Positions 10,001-19,340 of a DNA stretch of 64,000 nt are shown in pieces (positions within the stretch are counted from its first letter, which is position 1; every line of letters begins with the position of its first letter). Both the position numbers and the translations under genes were made by a program. Below the pieces are notes generated by a model, which was given only the letters and a program-made list of their open reading frames with translations, was not told the origin of the DNA and did not search any database. This DNA is from Nocardioides sp. (lineage in GTDB: Bacteria > Actinomycetota > Actinomycetes > Propionibacteriales > Nocardioidaceae). The stretch covers positions 15,298-79,297 of the forward strand of contig DASURB010000024.1 of NCBI GenBank assembly GCA_036280235.1. The letters are read 5' to 3'.

Positions 10001-10051
10001 TTGGTCCCCAACCGCAAGAACCCGGGGCCGGATCCTGCGGTTCGTGACCAA
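10001..10051. terminator. Long imperfect hairpin between convergent tatB and htrA
   Basis: TTGGTCCCCAACCGCAAGAACCCGG pairs imperfectly with CCGGATCCTGCGGTTCGTGACCAA. Confidence 0.5.
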
Positions 10052-10062
10052 TCGGTGCACTC

Positions 10063-10087
10063 GGTGATCTCGACAGGCTCGATCACC
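10063..10087. repeat. REP-like palindrome, family B copy 1
   Basis: GGTGATCTCGACAGGCTCGATCACC; 21/25 identical to 57811-57835. Confidence 0.6.
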
Positions 10088-10097
10088 CGAAGGGCTG

Positions 10098-11486
10098 TCA
10101 GCCGACCTTGGCGTCGAGGGTGATGTCGACCTTCACCTCGTCGCCGTCGCGCAGCACGGTGAGCCGGATGGTCTCCCCCGGCTGGTGGCTCCGGATCGCG
10201 ACGATCAGGCTGATCCCGTCGTTGACCTTCTTGTCGCCGACTGCGGTGACGATGTCGCCCTCCTCGAGGCCGGCCACCGCCGCCGGCGTACCCGCCGGGA
10301 CGTCCACGATCTCGGCGCCGCCGCGGCGGTCGCCGGTGTTGACGTTGGCGCCGATGACGGGGTACTTCGCCTCGCCCGACGACAGGATCTGCGCCGCGGT
10401 GACCTTGACCTGCTCCATCGGGATCGCGAACCCGACACCGATGTTCCCGGCCTCGCCGGCGAAGGCGCCGCCGGTCGTGGCGATCGCGGAGTTGACGCCG
10501 ACGACCTGGCCGCGGAGGTTCACCAGCGGCCCGCCGGAGTTGCCGGGGTTGATCGCGGCGTCGGTCTGCACGGCGTTGATGTACGACGACTCGTCGTCGG
10601 AGCCGGTGGTCACCGGACGGTCGATCGCGGACACGATGCCGGAGGTGACCGTGCTGCTCAGGCCGAGCGGCGACCCGATCGCGACCACGCTCTCGCCGAT
10701 GCGCATCGCGCGCGACGAACCGAGCGCCGCCGGGCGGAGGTTCTCGGCGCCCTCGACCTCCAGGACCGCCACGTCGTAGACCGCGCTGCGCCCCACGATC
10801 GACGCGTCGTGCTCCTTGCCGTCGTTGTCCACGACCGTGAGCTCGCCCTCGCCGGTCGCCTCGGCCACCACGTGGTTGTTGGTGATGACGTGGCCCTTGC
10901 TGTCCAGCACGAAGCCGGAGCCGGTGGCTCCACCGCCACCGCCGCCGCCTCCTGCGGCGAGGACCTGCACGGTGCTGGGCAGCAGCCGTTCCGCCACGGC
11001 GGCGATGCTGCCGTTGTCGGCCGCGAGCGGCTTGGCCGCCTGCTCGTCGGACTCCAGGACCGGGACGTTGACCGTGCCGGTGCCGCCGAGGGAGCGGAAC
11101 ACCGCGACCGAGGCCAGGGTGCCGCCCAGCAGGCCGACGACGAGGGCGACCGCGGTCACGACCGGCCAGAACCAGCCCGGCTGCCCGGCCGGCCGGCTAT
11201 CCGGCCCGCGGGGCTCGGGCTCACGGCCGTAGGACTGCTGCTCGTAGACGGGCATGTAGCCGGCGTCGTGACCGGCGCCCGGTGCGGGCCAGACCCGGGT
11301 GTCCTCGGGCCGCGGCTCCTCGGACGGGGCGGGAGCCACCGGAACCGTCGGGTCGTCCTGAGCCGCCGAGGCCTCGGTCTCCGGCTGCGAGATCGGCCGG
11401 GTGTCGTCCCAGGCGCCGCTGTCGCTGTCCGGGGCGGTCTCGTCACCGCTCGGGGACGGCTGCTCGCGGTCGTCGTACTGGGTCAC
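10098..11486 (-). CDS. htrA: HtrA/DegP-like S1C serine protease with PDZ domain
   Basis: TNNHVV, QTDAAINPGNSGGPL, single TM, C-terminal PDZ. Confidence 0.93.
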   Translation of the reverse strand: MTQYDDREQPSPSGDETAPDSDSGAWDDTRPISQPETEASAAQDDPTVPVAPAPSEEPRPEDTRVWPAPGAGHDAGYMPVYEQQSYGREPEPRGPDSRPAGQPGWFWPVVTAVALVVGLLGGTLASVAVFRSLGGTGTVNVPVLESDEQAAKPLAADNGSIAAVAERLLPSTVQVLAAGGGGGGGGATGSGFVLDSKGHVITNNHVVAEATGEGELTVVDNDGKEHDASIVGRSAVYDVAVLEVEGAENLRPAALGSSRAMRIGESVVAIGSPLGLSSTVTSGIVSAIDRPVTTGSDDESSYINAVQTDAAINPGNSGGPLVNLRGQVVGVNSAIATTGGAFAGEAGNIGVGFAIPMEQVKVTAAQILSSGEAKYPVIGANVNTGDRRGGAEIVDVPAGTPAAVAGLEEGDIVTAVGDKKVNDGISLIVAIRSHQPGETIRLTVLRDGDEVKVDITLDAKVG

Positions 11487-11523
11487 CCGACCATTCTGGA
11501 CCACGGCGCCAACGCCCGGTCGG

Positions 11524-12171
11524 TCAGCGGGGGCTGGCGACCGCGACCGCGGACGCCCGCACCGAGACTGGCGCCGAGATGCTCCACCCGGAGAACGGCA
11601 CGAACGACGACGGCGCGGTGGCGCCCGTCGGTACGTCGGTGGAGCGGCGGGCGCGGCTCTCCGGGAGGTTGCCGGCGCCGCCGAGCTGGGCCAGCGGACC
11701 GGCGGTCGGGGTGCTGCGGGTGAGCGCGGAGGGGGACGGGCCGGAGGGGGCGGTGCTGCCGCCGATGCCGAGCGTGGAGCCGCTCAGCGCGGTGAAGCCG
11801 AGCACGGCGGCCGAGACGGAGCCGACGCCGACCGCGGCGAGGCCGGCACGGCGGCGGCCGCGGCTGCGCTCCTCGAGCTCGCCGACCGCGGCCCAGGCGG
11901 CGCGGGTCTCGCTCTCGAGGGGGTCGAGGTCGTAGAGGTTGCCGAGCAACCGGTCGGGGACGTCGTCCTCCCCGCGGGGGGACGACATCTGCGCGAGCTG
12001 CCGCTTGACCCAGCCCTCACGCTCGACCGCGCGGCGGCACGGGGCACAGCCCATGACGTGCGACCAGGCCCGCTCCGCCGACTCGTCGTCGAGCTGACCG
12101 TCCACGAGCGCGCTCACGGCCGGGCCGCCGAGGTGGCCTCCGAGTGGTCCGAGTCGCCAGCCGCCGCCCAT
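11524..12171 (-). CDS. zf-HC2 anti-sigma factor (RseA-like)
   Basis: SALVDGQL..HVMGCAPC (HxxxCxxC), TM segment, directly downstream of sigE. Confidence 0.85.
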   Translation of the reverse strand: MGGGWRLGPLGGHLGGPAVSALVDGQLDDESAERAWSHVMGCAPCRRAVEREGWVKRQLAQMSSPRGEDDVPDRLLGNLYDLDPLESETRAAWAAVGELEERSRGRRRAGLAAVGVGSVSAAVLGFTALSGSTLGIGGSTAPSGPSPSALTRSTPTAGPLAQLGGAGNLPESRARRSTDVPTGATAPSSFVPFSGWSISAPVSVRASAVAVASPR

Positions 12172-12794
12172 CACGTCGGTTGGACTGCCAGCGCCTCGGG
12201 CGAGGCGGCTTCGATCGGGCCGGAGTAGCGGCGGCGACCGTCGCCGGGGGCGCGGTGCGCCAGCGCCTTGCGCAGCATCGAGCGGCCGCGGTGGATGCGG
12301 GACCGCACGGTGCCGAGCTTGAGGTCGAGCACGTCGGCGATCTCCTCGTAGCTGAGACCCTCGATGTCGCACAGCACGACCGCCGCGCGGAAGTCCGGCG
12401 GGAGGGAGGCGAGCGCGCTCTCGACGTCGTCGTCGAACAGGCCCTCGAGCACGCCGGCCTCGGGGGTCACCGCACGGCTGGGCAGCCGGGTCTCGGCGTC
12501 GTCGGCGAGCGCGTCGAAGCGGATCTTGGCCTTGCGGCGGGCGCCGTCGAGGAACAGGTTCGTGGTGATCCGGTGCAGCCAGCCCTCGAACGTGCCGGGG
12601 GTGTAGGAGGACAGCGAGCGGAACACCCGCACGAACACCTCCTGGGTGAGGTCCTCGGCGTCGTGCTTGTTGCCGGTCAGACGGTAGGCGAGCCGGTAGA
12701 CCCGGACGGAGTGCTGCTCGACGATCTCGTCCCAGGTGGGCACAGCGGCCTGCCCGTCTGCGGGAGTGACGGTGGTCGTGGTGCTCTCCTTCAT
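12171..12794 (-). CDS. sigE: ECF RNA polymerase sigma factor SigE (mycobacterial type)
   Basis: [55 protein letters not shown]; sigE-rseA-htrA-tatB synteny. Confidence 0.93.
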   Translation of the reverse strand: MKESTTTTVTPADGQAAVPTWDEIVEQHSVRVYRLAYRLTGNKHDAEDLTQEVFVRVFRSLSSYTPGTFEGWLHRITTNLFLDGARRKAKIRFDALADDAETRLPSRAVTPEAGVLEGLFDDDVESALASLPPDFRAAVVLCDIEGLSYEEIADVLDLKLGTVRSRIHRGRSMLRKALAHRAPGDGRRRYSGPIEAASPEALAVQPT

Positions 12795-12844
12795 GGCGTC
12801 TCCTCGACGTCGGGTCCTCACCGGGGGGCTCGTCCTCCTGTCGA

Positions 12845-12877
12845 AATCTAGGAGCCGCGCCTGAGAATGGCCTGAGG
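12845..12877 (-). promoter_or_regulatory. MprA-type box (CTCAGG-N5-CTCAGG) and -10 TAGATT upstream of sigE
   Basis: Direct repeat with 11-bp period at 12860-12877; MprAB is known to activate sigE in mycobacteria. Confidence 0.6.
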
Positions 12878-13006
12878 AGCGGTCTCGGTGTTGCCTGAAA
12901 GTCACTGGTGGTCCTGGATAATTCCCTCCAACGTTCGACGCCGCTCCCGTGTTCCCGGTTCCGTGCCGCTGCTCCTCGTACCGCTGCCGGTAGAGTCCCG
13001 CGCAGG

Positions 13007-13675
13007 ATGCGGACCGAGGAGGCCACCATTTCGGGACTGAAGCCGGCCAGCTGGGCCTATGCGGAGGAGTACGTCGCCGAGGACGAGGTGCTGGCCAACG
13101 CCCGGGCCCGCGCAAAGGAGGTCGGGGTCACCCCGATCGGGAACGGCGCGGGCGCCGCGCTGCGCTTCCTCGCGGCCGTCACCGAGGCGCGCGCGGTCGT
13201 CGAGATCGGCACCGGCACCGGTGTGTCCGGTCTGTGGCTTCTGCGCGGCATGCGGCCGGACGGCGTATTGACCACGGTCGACACCGAGGGCGAGCACCAG
13301 CGCCTGGCCAAGGAGGCGTTCACCGAGGCCGGGATCCCGTCCCAGCGGGTCCGGCTGATCCCCGGCCGCGCGCTGGAGGTCCTCCCCCGCCTTACCGACG
13401 GCCACTACGACCTGGTCTTCGCCGACGGCGACAAGGAGGAGTACCCCGCCTACCTCGCCGAGGCCCTCCGCCTCGTCCGGCCCGGCGGCATCGTCGCGTT
13501 CGACAACGCGCTCTGGCACGACCGGGTCGCCGACCCCGCCCAGCGCGACGGCGAGACCGTGGCCATCCGCGAGCTCGTGCGCACCGTCGCCGAGCACGAC
13601 CGCCTGGTCCCCCTCCTCCTGCCCGTCGGCGACGGCCTCCTCGTCGCCAAGAAGATCTGGACCCCCGAGACCTGA
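13007..13675 (+). CDS. Class I SAM-dependent O-methyltransferase (start may be ATT at 13028)
   Basis: [31 protein letters not shown]; divergent from sigE as in other actinobacteria. Confidence 0.9.
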   Translation: MRTEEATISGLKPASWAYAEEYVAEDEVLANARARAKEVGVTPIGNGAGAALRFLAAVTEARAVVEIGTGTGVSGLWLLRGMRPDGVLTTVDTEGEHQRLAKEAFTEAGIPSQRVRLIPGRALEVLPRLTDGHYDLVFADGDKEEYPAYLAEALRLVRPGGIVAFDNALWHDRVADPAQRDGETVAIRELVRTVAEHDRLVPLLLPVGDGLLVAKKIWTPET

Positions 13676-13701
13676 GCACCGACCAGCACCGGCCGGATCG
13701 C

Positions 13702-13757
13702 CGAGGAGTCACAAATTCAGCCGCGTGGGCGGCGTGTCGCGACATGAGTGACCCCTC
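13702..13757 (+). repeat. About 56-bp dispersed inverted-repeat element, family A copy 1
   Basis: GAGGAGTCAC...ATTCAGCC..GGCGGCGTGTCGCGACA..GTGACCCCTC; similar to 31625-31687 and 63296-63352. Confidence 0.75.
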
Positions 13758-14304
13758 ACCCTTCCGCCTGGTAGACCCGCACGCCCGCTACCAGCGCTCG
13801 TTCCTCGACGCCGCCGACGAGTTCATCGCCTCCGGGCAGGCGTCGTACGCCGGGATCCTCCAGTTCCCGGACATCGGCGTGGAGTTCACCCGGTCCGGGC
13901 TGGAGGACCCGGCGGAGTTCGCCCGCCTGGTCGACCACCTGCTCGCCGACCGCCGCGGGGATCACCCGCGGCCGCGCGGCTGGGTGCCGGCGACCGTGCT
14001 GTGGATCGTCGAGGGCGACACCTACGTCGGCCGGGTCAGCCTGCGCCACCGGCTCAGCCCCGACCTGCTCACGTGGGGCGGACACATCGGGTACGGCGTC
14101 CGCCCGAGCGCGCGGGGCCGGGGCGCGGCGACGTACGCCCTCGGCGCCATGCTCCGCGTCGCGGCCGCCCGCGGCATCGACGAGGTGCTGGTGACCTGCG
14201 ACGTCGACAACGAGCCGTCGCGACGCACGATCGAGCGCAACGGCGGGGTCTACGAGGACACCCGCGAAGGCAAGCTCCGCTACTGGGCGCCTACCCGCCG
14301 CTGA
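13744..14304 (+). CDS. GNAT family N-acetyltransferase
   Basis: VGRVSLRH, GGHIGYGVRPSARGRG, TCDVDNEPSRRTIERNGG. Confidence 0.88.
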   Translation: MSDPSPFRLVDPHARYQRSFLDAADEFIASGQASYAGILQFPDIGVEFTRSGLEDPAEFARLVDHLLADRRGDHPRPRGWVPATVLWIVEGDTYVGRVSLRHRLSPDLLTWGGHIGYGVRPSARGRGAATYALGAMLRVAAARGIDEVLVTCDVDNEPSRRTIERNGGVYEDTREGKLRYWAPTRR

Positions 14305-14662
14305 TCACCTGGGCGGGCATGCCCTCGTAGGCAGGCGAGGCCACGAAGCCGGCGCCGCCCTCGGCGATCGCCACCACCTCGCAGGGCTCGATCAGCTCAG
14401 GCGGCGCGCCGACCAGCTGCGAGCCGGGCGCCTCCGCGGCCATCGCGGTGAACTCCTGCTGGAACTTGTCGCGCTGCTCGGAGGACTCGAACACGTAGCA
14501 CCCCTCGAACCACTCCCCCTCACGCATGCGCCAGGTCTTGAAGCGCAGCCCCTCCTTGCCGGTGAAGCGCGCGTGAGAGGTCGCCTCGACGTACGCGCGC
14601 AGCGCGTCGGCGGCGCCCTCGGGGGCGTTCTCGAGCGACCAGCGGACGGTCAGACCGTGCAT
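14291..14662 (-). CDS. Hypothetical protein, probable dimeric alpha/beta barrel (YdhR-like)
   Basis: GLRFKTW..WFEGCYVF pattern; GGAGG RBS upstream. Confidence 0.65.
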   Translation of the reverse strand: MHGLTVRWSLENAPEGAADALRAYVEATSHARFTGKEGLRFKTWRMREGEWFEGCYVFESSEQRDKFQQEFTAMAAEAPGSQLVGAPPELIEPCEVVAIAEGGAGFVASPAYEGMPAQVISGG

Positions 14663-14693
14663 GGTGCCTCCTTCCAGAGCGTGGAGAAGCGGG

Positions 14694-16244
14694 TCAGCTG
14701 CCGACGCCGGCCAGCGGCTCGCGCAGCTCGAGCCAGTGCAGCAGCGCACGAGCGCCGAACCCGGTGGCGCCCTTGGTGTACTCGTACTCGTCCTTGGGCG
14801 CGTCCCCGACCGATGCGATGTCGAGATGCGCCCAGGGCACGTCTCCGGCGAAGTGCCGCAGGAACAGCGCGGCTGTGATCGCTCCGGGCGGTCCCGCGGC
14901 GTTGTCGGCGTCGGCCACTTTGGACTGTAGCCGGTCCTCGTAGTCGTCGACGAGAGGCATTCGCCACAGCGGCTCGCCCGCGGACAGCGACGCGGTGCGC
15001 AGCAGGTCGGCCAGCGCGTCGTCGGTGGCGAAGTAGCCGCCGGTCTTCTGACCCAGCGCGATCTTCATCGCGCCGGTGAGCGTCGCGACGTCGACGAGGA
15101 CGTCGGGCTTCAGCTGGTCCACGGCGTAGGCCATCGCATCGGCCAGCACCAGCCGGCCCTCGGCGTCAGTGTTGGTGACCTCGGACGTGCGCCCGCCGTA
15201 GTGCACGAGCACGTCGCCCGGCCGGATGGAGGTGGCGCCGACGGAGTTCTCGGCCAGCGGGAGCAGGCCGGTCACCTTCACCGGGCAGTCGACCGCGGCG
15301 AGAGCGCCCATGACTGCGAGCACCACGCCGGCCCCGGTCATGTCGCGCTTCATCGCCATCATGTTGTCCTTGGGCTTGATCGACAGCCCGCCGGTGTCGA
15401 ACGTGATGCCCTTGCCGACCAGCACCAGGTGCTTGGCCTTGCGGGCACCGGAGGCCGGCGTGTAGTCGATCCGCACGAGGCGCGGCGGGCGTGCCGATCC
15501 CTGCCCGACGCCGAGGATGCCGCCGAAGCCCTGGGCGGCGAGCTGCTTCTCGTCCCAGACCTTGGTGGTCAGCCCGGCCTCGCGGGCGACGGACACCGCC
15601 TGGTCGGCGAGCCACTCGGGGGACTTCTCGTTGCCGGGGACCAGCGCGAGCGTGCGGGAGAGCCAGCCGGCCCGCGCGACGGCCACGGAGCGGTCCAGCG
15701 CGCCCTTGCGGGCGGCCGCGTCGGACACGCCGGCGAGCACGACCCGCTCGACGGGCTGCTTCTGCGCGCCGGTCGAGCGACGGTGGAACTCGTAGGACCC
15801 CAGCACCAGGCCCTCGACGAGCGCGCGAAGCCCGGCGTCGTCGGTCAGTGCGGCGAGCGAGGTCGCCACCGCCCGGTGGCCCTTGACCCGGCGAGCGAGC
15901 GCGGCCCCGGCACGGCGCAGCTCGGTGGGCGAGCCGCCACCGACCCCGACCAGCAGGACCAGCCGGACCGCGTCCTCCGCGGAACCGCCGTTGCTGGGCA
16001 GCACGTGCTCGACGACCTCGCCGACCTCGCCCTTGGCGCGGTGCAGGTCGAGCAGCGCGAACGGGTCGAGGTCGACCTCGTCGAGCAGCTCCGCCGTACC
16101 CGGGCCGAGCGAGGGGCCCGCCTCCGCGTCCTCCTCGGGAGCCGCCAGGACGGGCAGCGCGACCACGTCGGCGTCCGGCACCGTGGACGGCGCCGCGTCG
16201 CTGAGGGTGATCTGCGGCGGGCTGACCTGGCTGGGGAGGGACAA
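14694..16244 (-). CDS. pepA: Leucyl aminopeptidase (M17)
   Basis: VGKGITFDTGG, MKRDM, NTDAEGRL, ATLTGA, WAHLDIA; TTG start after AGGAG. Confidence 0.92.
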   Translation of the reverse strand: MSLPSQVSPPQITLSDAAPSTVPDADVVALPVLAAPEEDAEAGPSLGPGTAELLDEVDLDPFALLDLHRAKGEVGEVVEHVLPSNGGSAEDAVRLVLLVGVGGGSPTELRRAGAALARRVKGHRAVATSLAALTDDAGLRALVEGLVLGSYEFHRRSTGAQKQPVERVVLAGVSDAAARKGALDRSVAVARAGWLSRTLALVPGNEKSPEWLADQAVSVAREAGLTTKVWDEKQLAAQGFGGILGVGQGSARPPRLVRIDYTPASGARKAKHLVLVGKGITFDTGGLSIKPKDNMMAMKRDMTGAGVVLAVMGALAAVDCPVKVTGLLPLAENSVGATSIRPGDVLVHYGGRTSEVTNTDAEGRLVLADAMAYAVDQLKPDVLVDVATLTGAMKIALGQKTGGYFATDDALADLLRTASLSAGEPLWRMPLVDDYEDRLQSKVADADNAAGPPGAITAALFLRHFAGDVPWAHLDIASVGDAPKDEYEYTKGATGFGARALLHWLELREPLAGVGS

Positions 16245-16335
16245 CTCGCGTCTCCTGACGGGTGCGTCGTTCGAACGGTTCCGGTGCGTCTCCGACCCTA
16301 CTCGCGGCCGACTCACGACCGACGGCCTGCCTGCA

Positions 16336-16379
16336 CGTCCGGACCCCGCCCACCCGAGCGGGTGGACGGGGTCCGGACG
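16336..16379 (-). terminator. 21-bp stem hairpin downstream of DUF3117 gene
   Basis: CGTCCGGACCCCGCCCACCCG / CGGGTGGACGGGGTCCGGACG; the single mismatch is a G-U pair on the minus strand. Confidence 0.7.
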
Positions 16380-16410
16380 ATCTTTCTTGCAGTGGTTGTG
16401 CGGGGTGGGG

Positions 16411-16578
16411 TCAGCCCACGACCTCGTTGAGCGCCGCGCCCAGTGCACCTGCCTCTTCGGCGTTGAGCTCGACCACGAGGCGGCCACCACCTTCGAGCGG
16501 GACTCGCATCACGATGCCCCGACCCTCCTTGGTGACCTCGAGCGGACCGTCGCCCGTCCGCGGCTTCATCGCCGCCAT
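16411..16578 (-). CDS. DUF3117 small protein (55 aa, not in ORF track)
   Basis: Manual translation MAAMKPRTGDGPLEVTKEGRGIVMRVPLEGGGRLVVELN..., a highly conserved actinobacterial sequence. Confidence 0.92.
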   Translation of the reverse strand: MAAMKPRTGDGPLEVTKEGRGIVMRVPLEGGGRLVVELNAEEAGALGAALNEVVG

Positions 16579-16824
16579 GCGCACACCTCTTCCTGTACCA
16601 GTTCAGTGCGCCGTTGCTGTGCGTGGCCGCCCGTCCCACCCGGGTGCGAACCGCCGTGGCGCTGCTTCGTTGGTCCATTATCCCCCAAACCCGTCCGGTT
16701 CGACCGGCGACTTCGGGAACGCCGCCCGGGCGGCGCCCGAAGAAAGCACAGCGAGGTGCCCGGGGCGGTGGTCCGAGGGTGCGGCAGACTGCGACCCAGA
16801 CGACCCCCAGGAGGCCCGCCACAG

Positions 16825-17625
16825 ATGACCGAGTCGACCCCGCCGCCCGTCCTGCTCGACGTCGCCGACGGCGTCGCGACCGTGCGGCTCAACCGGCCCG
16901 ACGCGATGAACAGCCTCGACGTCACGACCAAGGAGCTGCTCCGCGACACCCTGCAGCAGGTCGCCGCCGACGACGCCGTGCGCTGCGTGGTGCTCACCGG
17001 CAGCGGGCGGGCGTTCTGCGTCGGCCAGGACCTCAAGGAGCACGTGAAGCTGCTCGAGGGCGAGTCGGACGAGCTGTTCGCCACCGTCCCGGCGCACTAC
17101 AACCCGATCGTCACTGCGCTCGTGACGATGCCGAAGCCGGTCGTCGCGGCCGTCAACGGCGTCGCGGCCGGTGCCGGCTGCAGCCTGGCGTTCGCCTGCG
17201 ACTTCCGGCTCCTGGCCGACTCGGCGGGGTTCAACCTCGCGTTCACCAACATCGCGCTCTCCTGCGACACCGGGTCGTCGTGGACACTGCCGCGACTGGT
17301 CGGCCGGGCCAAGGCGCTCGAGCTGCTCTACTTCCCGCGCACGATCCCGGCCGCCGAGGCGCTCGAGCTGGGCCTGGCGACCAAGGTCGTGCCCGCCGAC
17401 GAGCTCGCGGGCGAGGTCGCCGAGCTGGCCACGAAGCTGGCCGAAGGGCCGACCGTGGCGTACGGCGCGGTCCGGCGGGCGGTGACCTACTCCGCCGAGC
17501 ACGACTTCGCCGACTCGGTCGCCTTCGAGGGCGAGATGATGGCGCTCACCGGACGGACCCGCGACCACCGGCACGCCGTCGAGGCGTTCGTGGCGAAGCA
17601 GAAGCCGACGTTCGAGGGCCGCTGA
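16825..17625 (+). CDS. Enoyl-CoA hydratase/isomerase (PaaG-like)
   Basis: LNRPDAMNS, AFCVGQDL, KPVVAAVNGVAAGAG. Confidence 0.9.
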   Translation: MTESTPPPVLLDVADGVATVRLNRPDAMNSLDVTTKELLRDTLQQVAADDAVRCVVLTGSGRAFCVGQDLKEHVKLLEGESDELFATVPAHYNPIVTALVTMPKPVVAAVNGVAAGAGCSLAFACDFRLLADSAGFNLAFTNIALSCDTGSSWTLPRLVGRAKALELLYFPRTIPAAEALELGLATKVVPADELAGEVAELATKLAEGPTVAYGAVRRAVTYSAEHDFADSVAFEGEMMALTGRTRDHRHAVEAFVAKQKPTFEGR

Positions 17626-18383
17626 TGACGGGCCGGCTCGCCGCTGCCGCGGCGGCACTGGCTCTCGGCCTCGCGCTGCTGCCCGGTCCCGCGTCGGCCG
17701 CGGCACCGCTGCCGTCGTACCTCGAGATGGGGGACGACGTCCGCCAGCTCGTCACGGTCACCAGCGGTCGGTGGGGCGACACCCGGGCGCGGCTGTCGTT
17801 CTGGGAGCGTGACCAGCGCGGCGGCTGGCAGCGGGTGCGCGGGCCGGTCCGCGTGCGGCTGGGCTGGAACGGCTGGGTGCCGGCGGCGAAGCGGCGGCAG
17901 AACACCGGCACCACGCCGGCCGGGTCGTTCAGCATGAAGTACGCCTTCGGCACCCGTCCCGACCCCGGCACCGCGCTGCGCTACCGGCACGTCGACCGCG
18001 ACGACGTGTGGCCCTACGAGCCGCGCGACCCGGCGACGTACAACATCCTGCAGCCGCGGCGCGCTCCCGGCTCACGCTGGCGGGCCGACTACCGGGAGCG
18101 GCTGGCCTCCTACGGCTACGAGTACTCCCACGCCGTGGTGCTCGGCTTCAACCTGCCCCGCGGCGTGCGCTGGTCGGCCGGGCGGCAGCAGTACGTCGCC
18201 CGCCGGCCCGCGGACACCCGGCGGGGCGGCGGCATCTTCCTGCACGTGCAGCGCTCGCGTCACACCGCCGGCTGTGTCGCCGGGCCGCTGCGCGACATCC
18301 GCTGGGTGGTACGGCGGCTCGACCCGGCGGCGTCGCCGCGGATCGTGATGGGACCGACGGACTGGGTGAAGCGGCGCTTCTAG
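17625..18383 (+). CDS. Secreted L,D-transpeptidase family protein
   Basis: Signal peptide, TTPAG, GGGIFLH...TAGCV; TGATG coupling. Confidence 0.85.
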   Translation: MTGRLAAAAAALALGLALLPGPASAAAPLPSYLEMGDDVRQLVTVTSGRWGDTRARLSFWERDQRGGWQRVRGPVRVRLGWNGWVPAAKRRQNTGTTPAGSFSMKYAFGTRPDPGTALRYRHVDRDDVWPYEPRDPATYNILQPRRAPGSRWRADYRERLASYGYEYSHAVVLGFNLPRGVRWSAGRQQYVARRPADTRRGGGIFLHVQRSRHTAGCVAGPLRDIRWVVRRLDPAASPRIVMGPTDWVKRRF

Positions 18384-18784
18384 ACGTTCCCGGTGGCCAG
18401 GAACGCCGTGAACAGGGTGACGCCGACCAGCAGGCCGACGTGGGCGAGCACCGACAGGCCCGGGCCTTCCCCCCAGGTGTCCGCCTTCGCGCCCTTGGAG
18501 TGCCGCCCCTTGGCGGGCAGCCAGCGGGCCAGGATCAGCAGGCCGGCCACGACCGTCACCCACCAGAACAGCAGCGCGACCCAGCCCAGCGGGGTGATGC
18601 CGGTGACGAGGTAGGCGGTCCACAGCAGGATCGCCGGCACGCCCGCCAGCGTGTGGGTGTTGAGCAGCCCGTGCGGGATGGACAGGCGTCCTGCGCCGTC
18701 GTCCCTGCTCAACCTGACCCGGGTGAGGATCACCACCACGGCCGCCAGGACGGTGAGCACCAGCGTGATTCGGAAGGGAGTCAC
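18380..18784 (-). CDS. Hypothetical membrane protein (4 TM)
   Basis: Four hydrophobic segments; GTG start chosen. Confidence 0.65.
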   Translation of the reverse strand: MTPFRITLVLTVLAAVVVILTRVRLSRDDGAGRLSIPHGLLNTHTLAGVPAILLWTAYLVTGITPLGWVALLFWWVTVVAGLLILARWLPAKGRHSKGAKADTWGEGPGLSVLAHVGLLVGVTLFTAFLATGNV

Positions 18785-18881
18785 GAGGCGATCCTGCCGT
18801 AACCAGTGCTGTAACGCGGAGTTAGGGACGCTCAACAGGCGGCGTTTCCCCTGGGAAGCGTCCTCGGCGCGTGGGAAGTGG

Positions 18882-19340
18882 CTACCTCTCGAGCCGTCTC
18901 CGGAGCCGGTCCAGGCCCTGGTCGATGAGCCGCTCGACGACCGGACGGACGAGCCGGAACGCGAGCGCGCCCAGCCTTCCGCCCGGGACCACGGCCATCT
19001 CGGACCAGATGAACCGCGACGCGTCCGGTCCCTCCGCGACGACCTCGAACTCGCCCTCGCCACGCACGACGGTGCCGGTGTGCAGCACCTCGCACCGGCC
19101 GCCGCCGTCGGGGCGGGTCTCCCACGACGTGATCGTCATGTGGTCCCAGAAGCCGACCGGGCCGAGCCCCGACCACGCCCGGATCCGCCCGCCGACGCGG
19201 CGCGCCGGGTCGGCCGGCTCCACCAGCTCGACCCGGGTGTGCGGGACCCATTCGCTCTGGCTCGGCCAGTCGGTGACGTAGTCCCACGCCGTGGCCGCGG
19301 GTACGGCGAGCCGCACCTCGCGGCGCAGCAGTGCCCGCAT
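18882..19340 (-). CDS. SRPBCC family protein
   Basis: AWDYVTDW..QSEWVP, VLHTG. Confidence 0.8.
   Translation of the reverse strand: MRALLRREVRLAVPAATAWDYVTDWPSQSEWVPHTRVELVEPADPARRVGGRIRAWSGLGPVGFWDHMTITSWETRPDGGGRCEVLHTGTVVRGEGEFEVVAEGPDASRFIWSEMAVVPGGRLGALAFRLVRPVVERLIDQGLDRLRRRLER

Noticed and set aside
18799-18815. GTAAC-N7-GTAAC repeat resembling an MtrA/GlnR box
   Set aside because: Spacing is 7 rather than the usual 6; too weak to call
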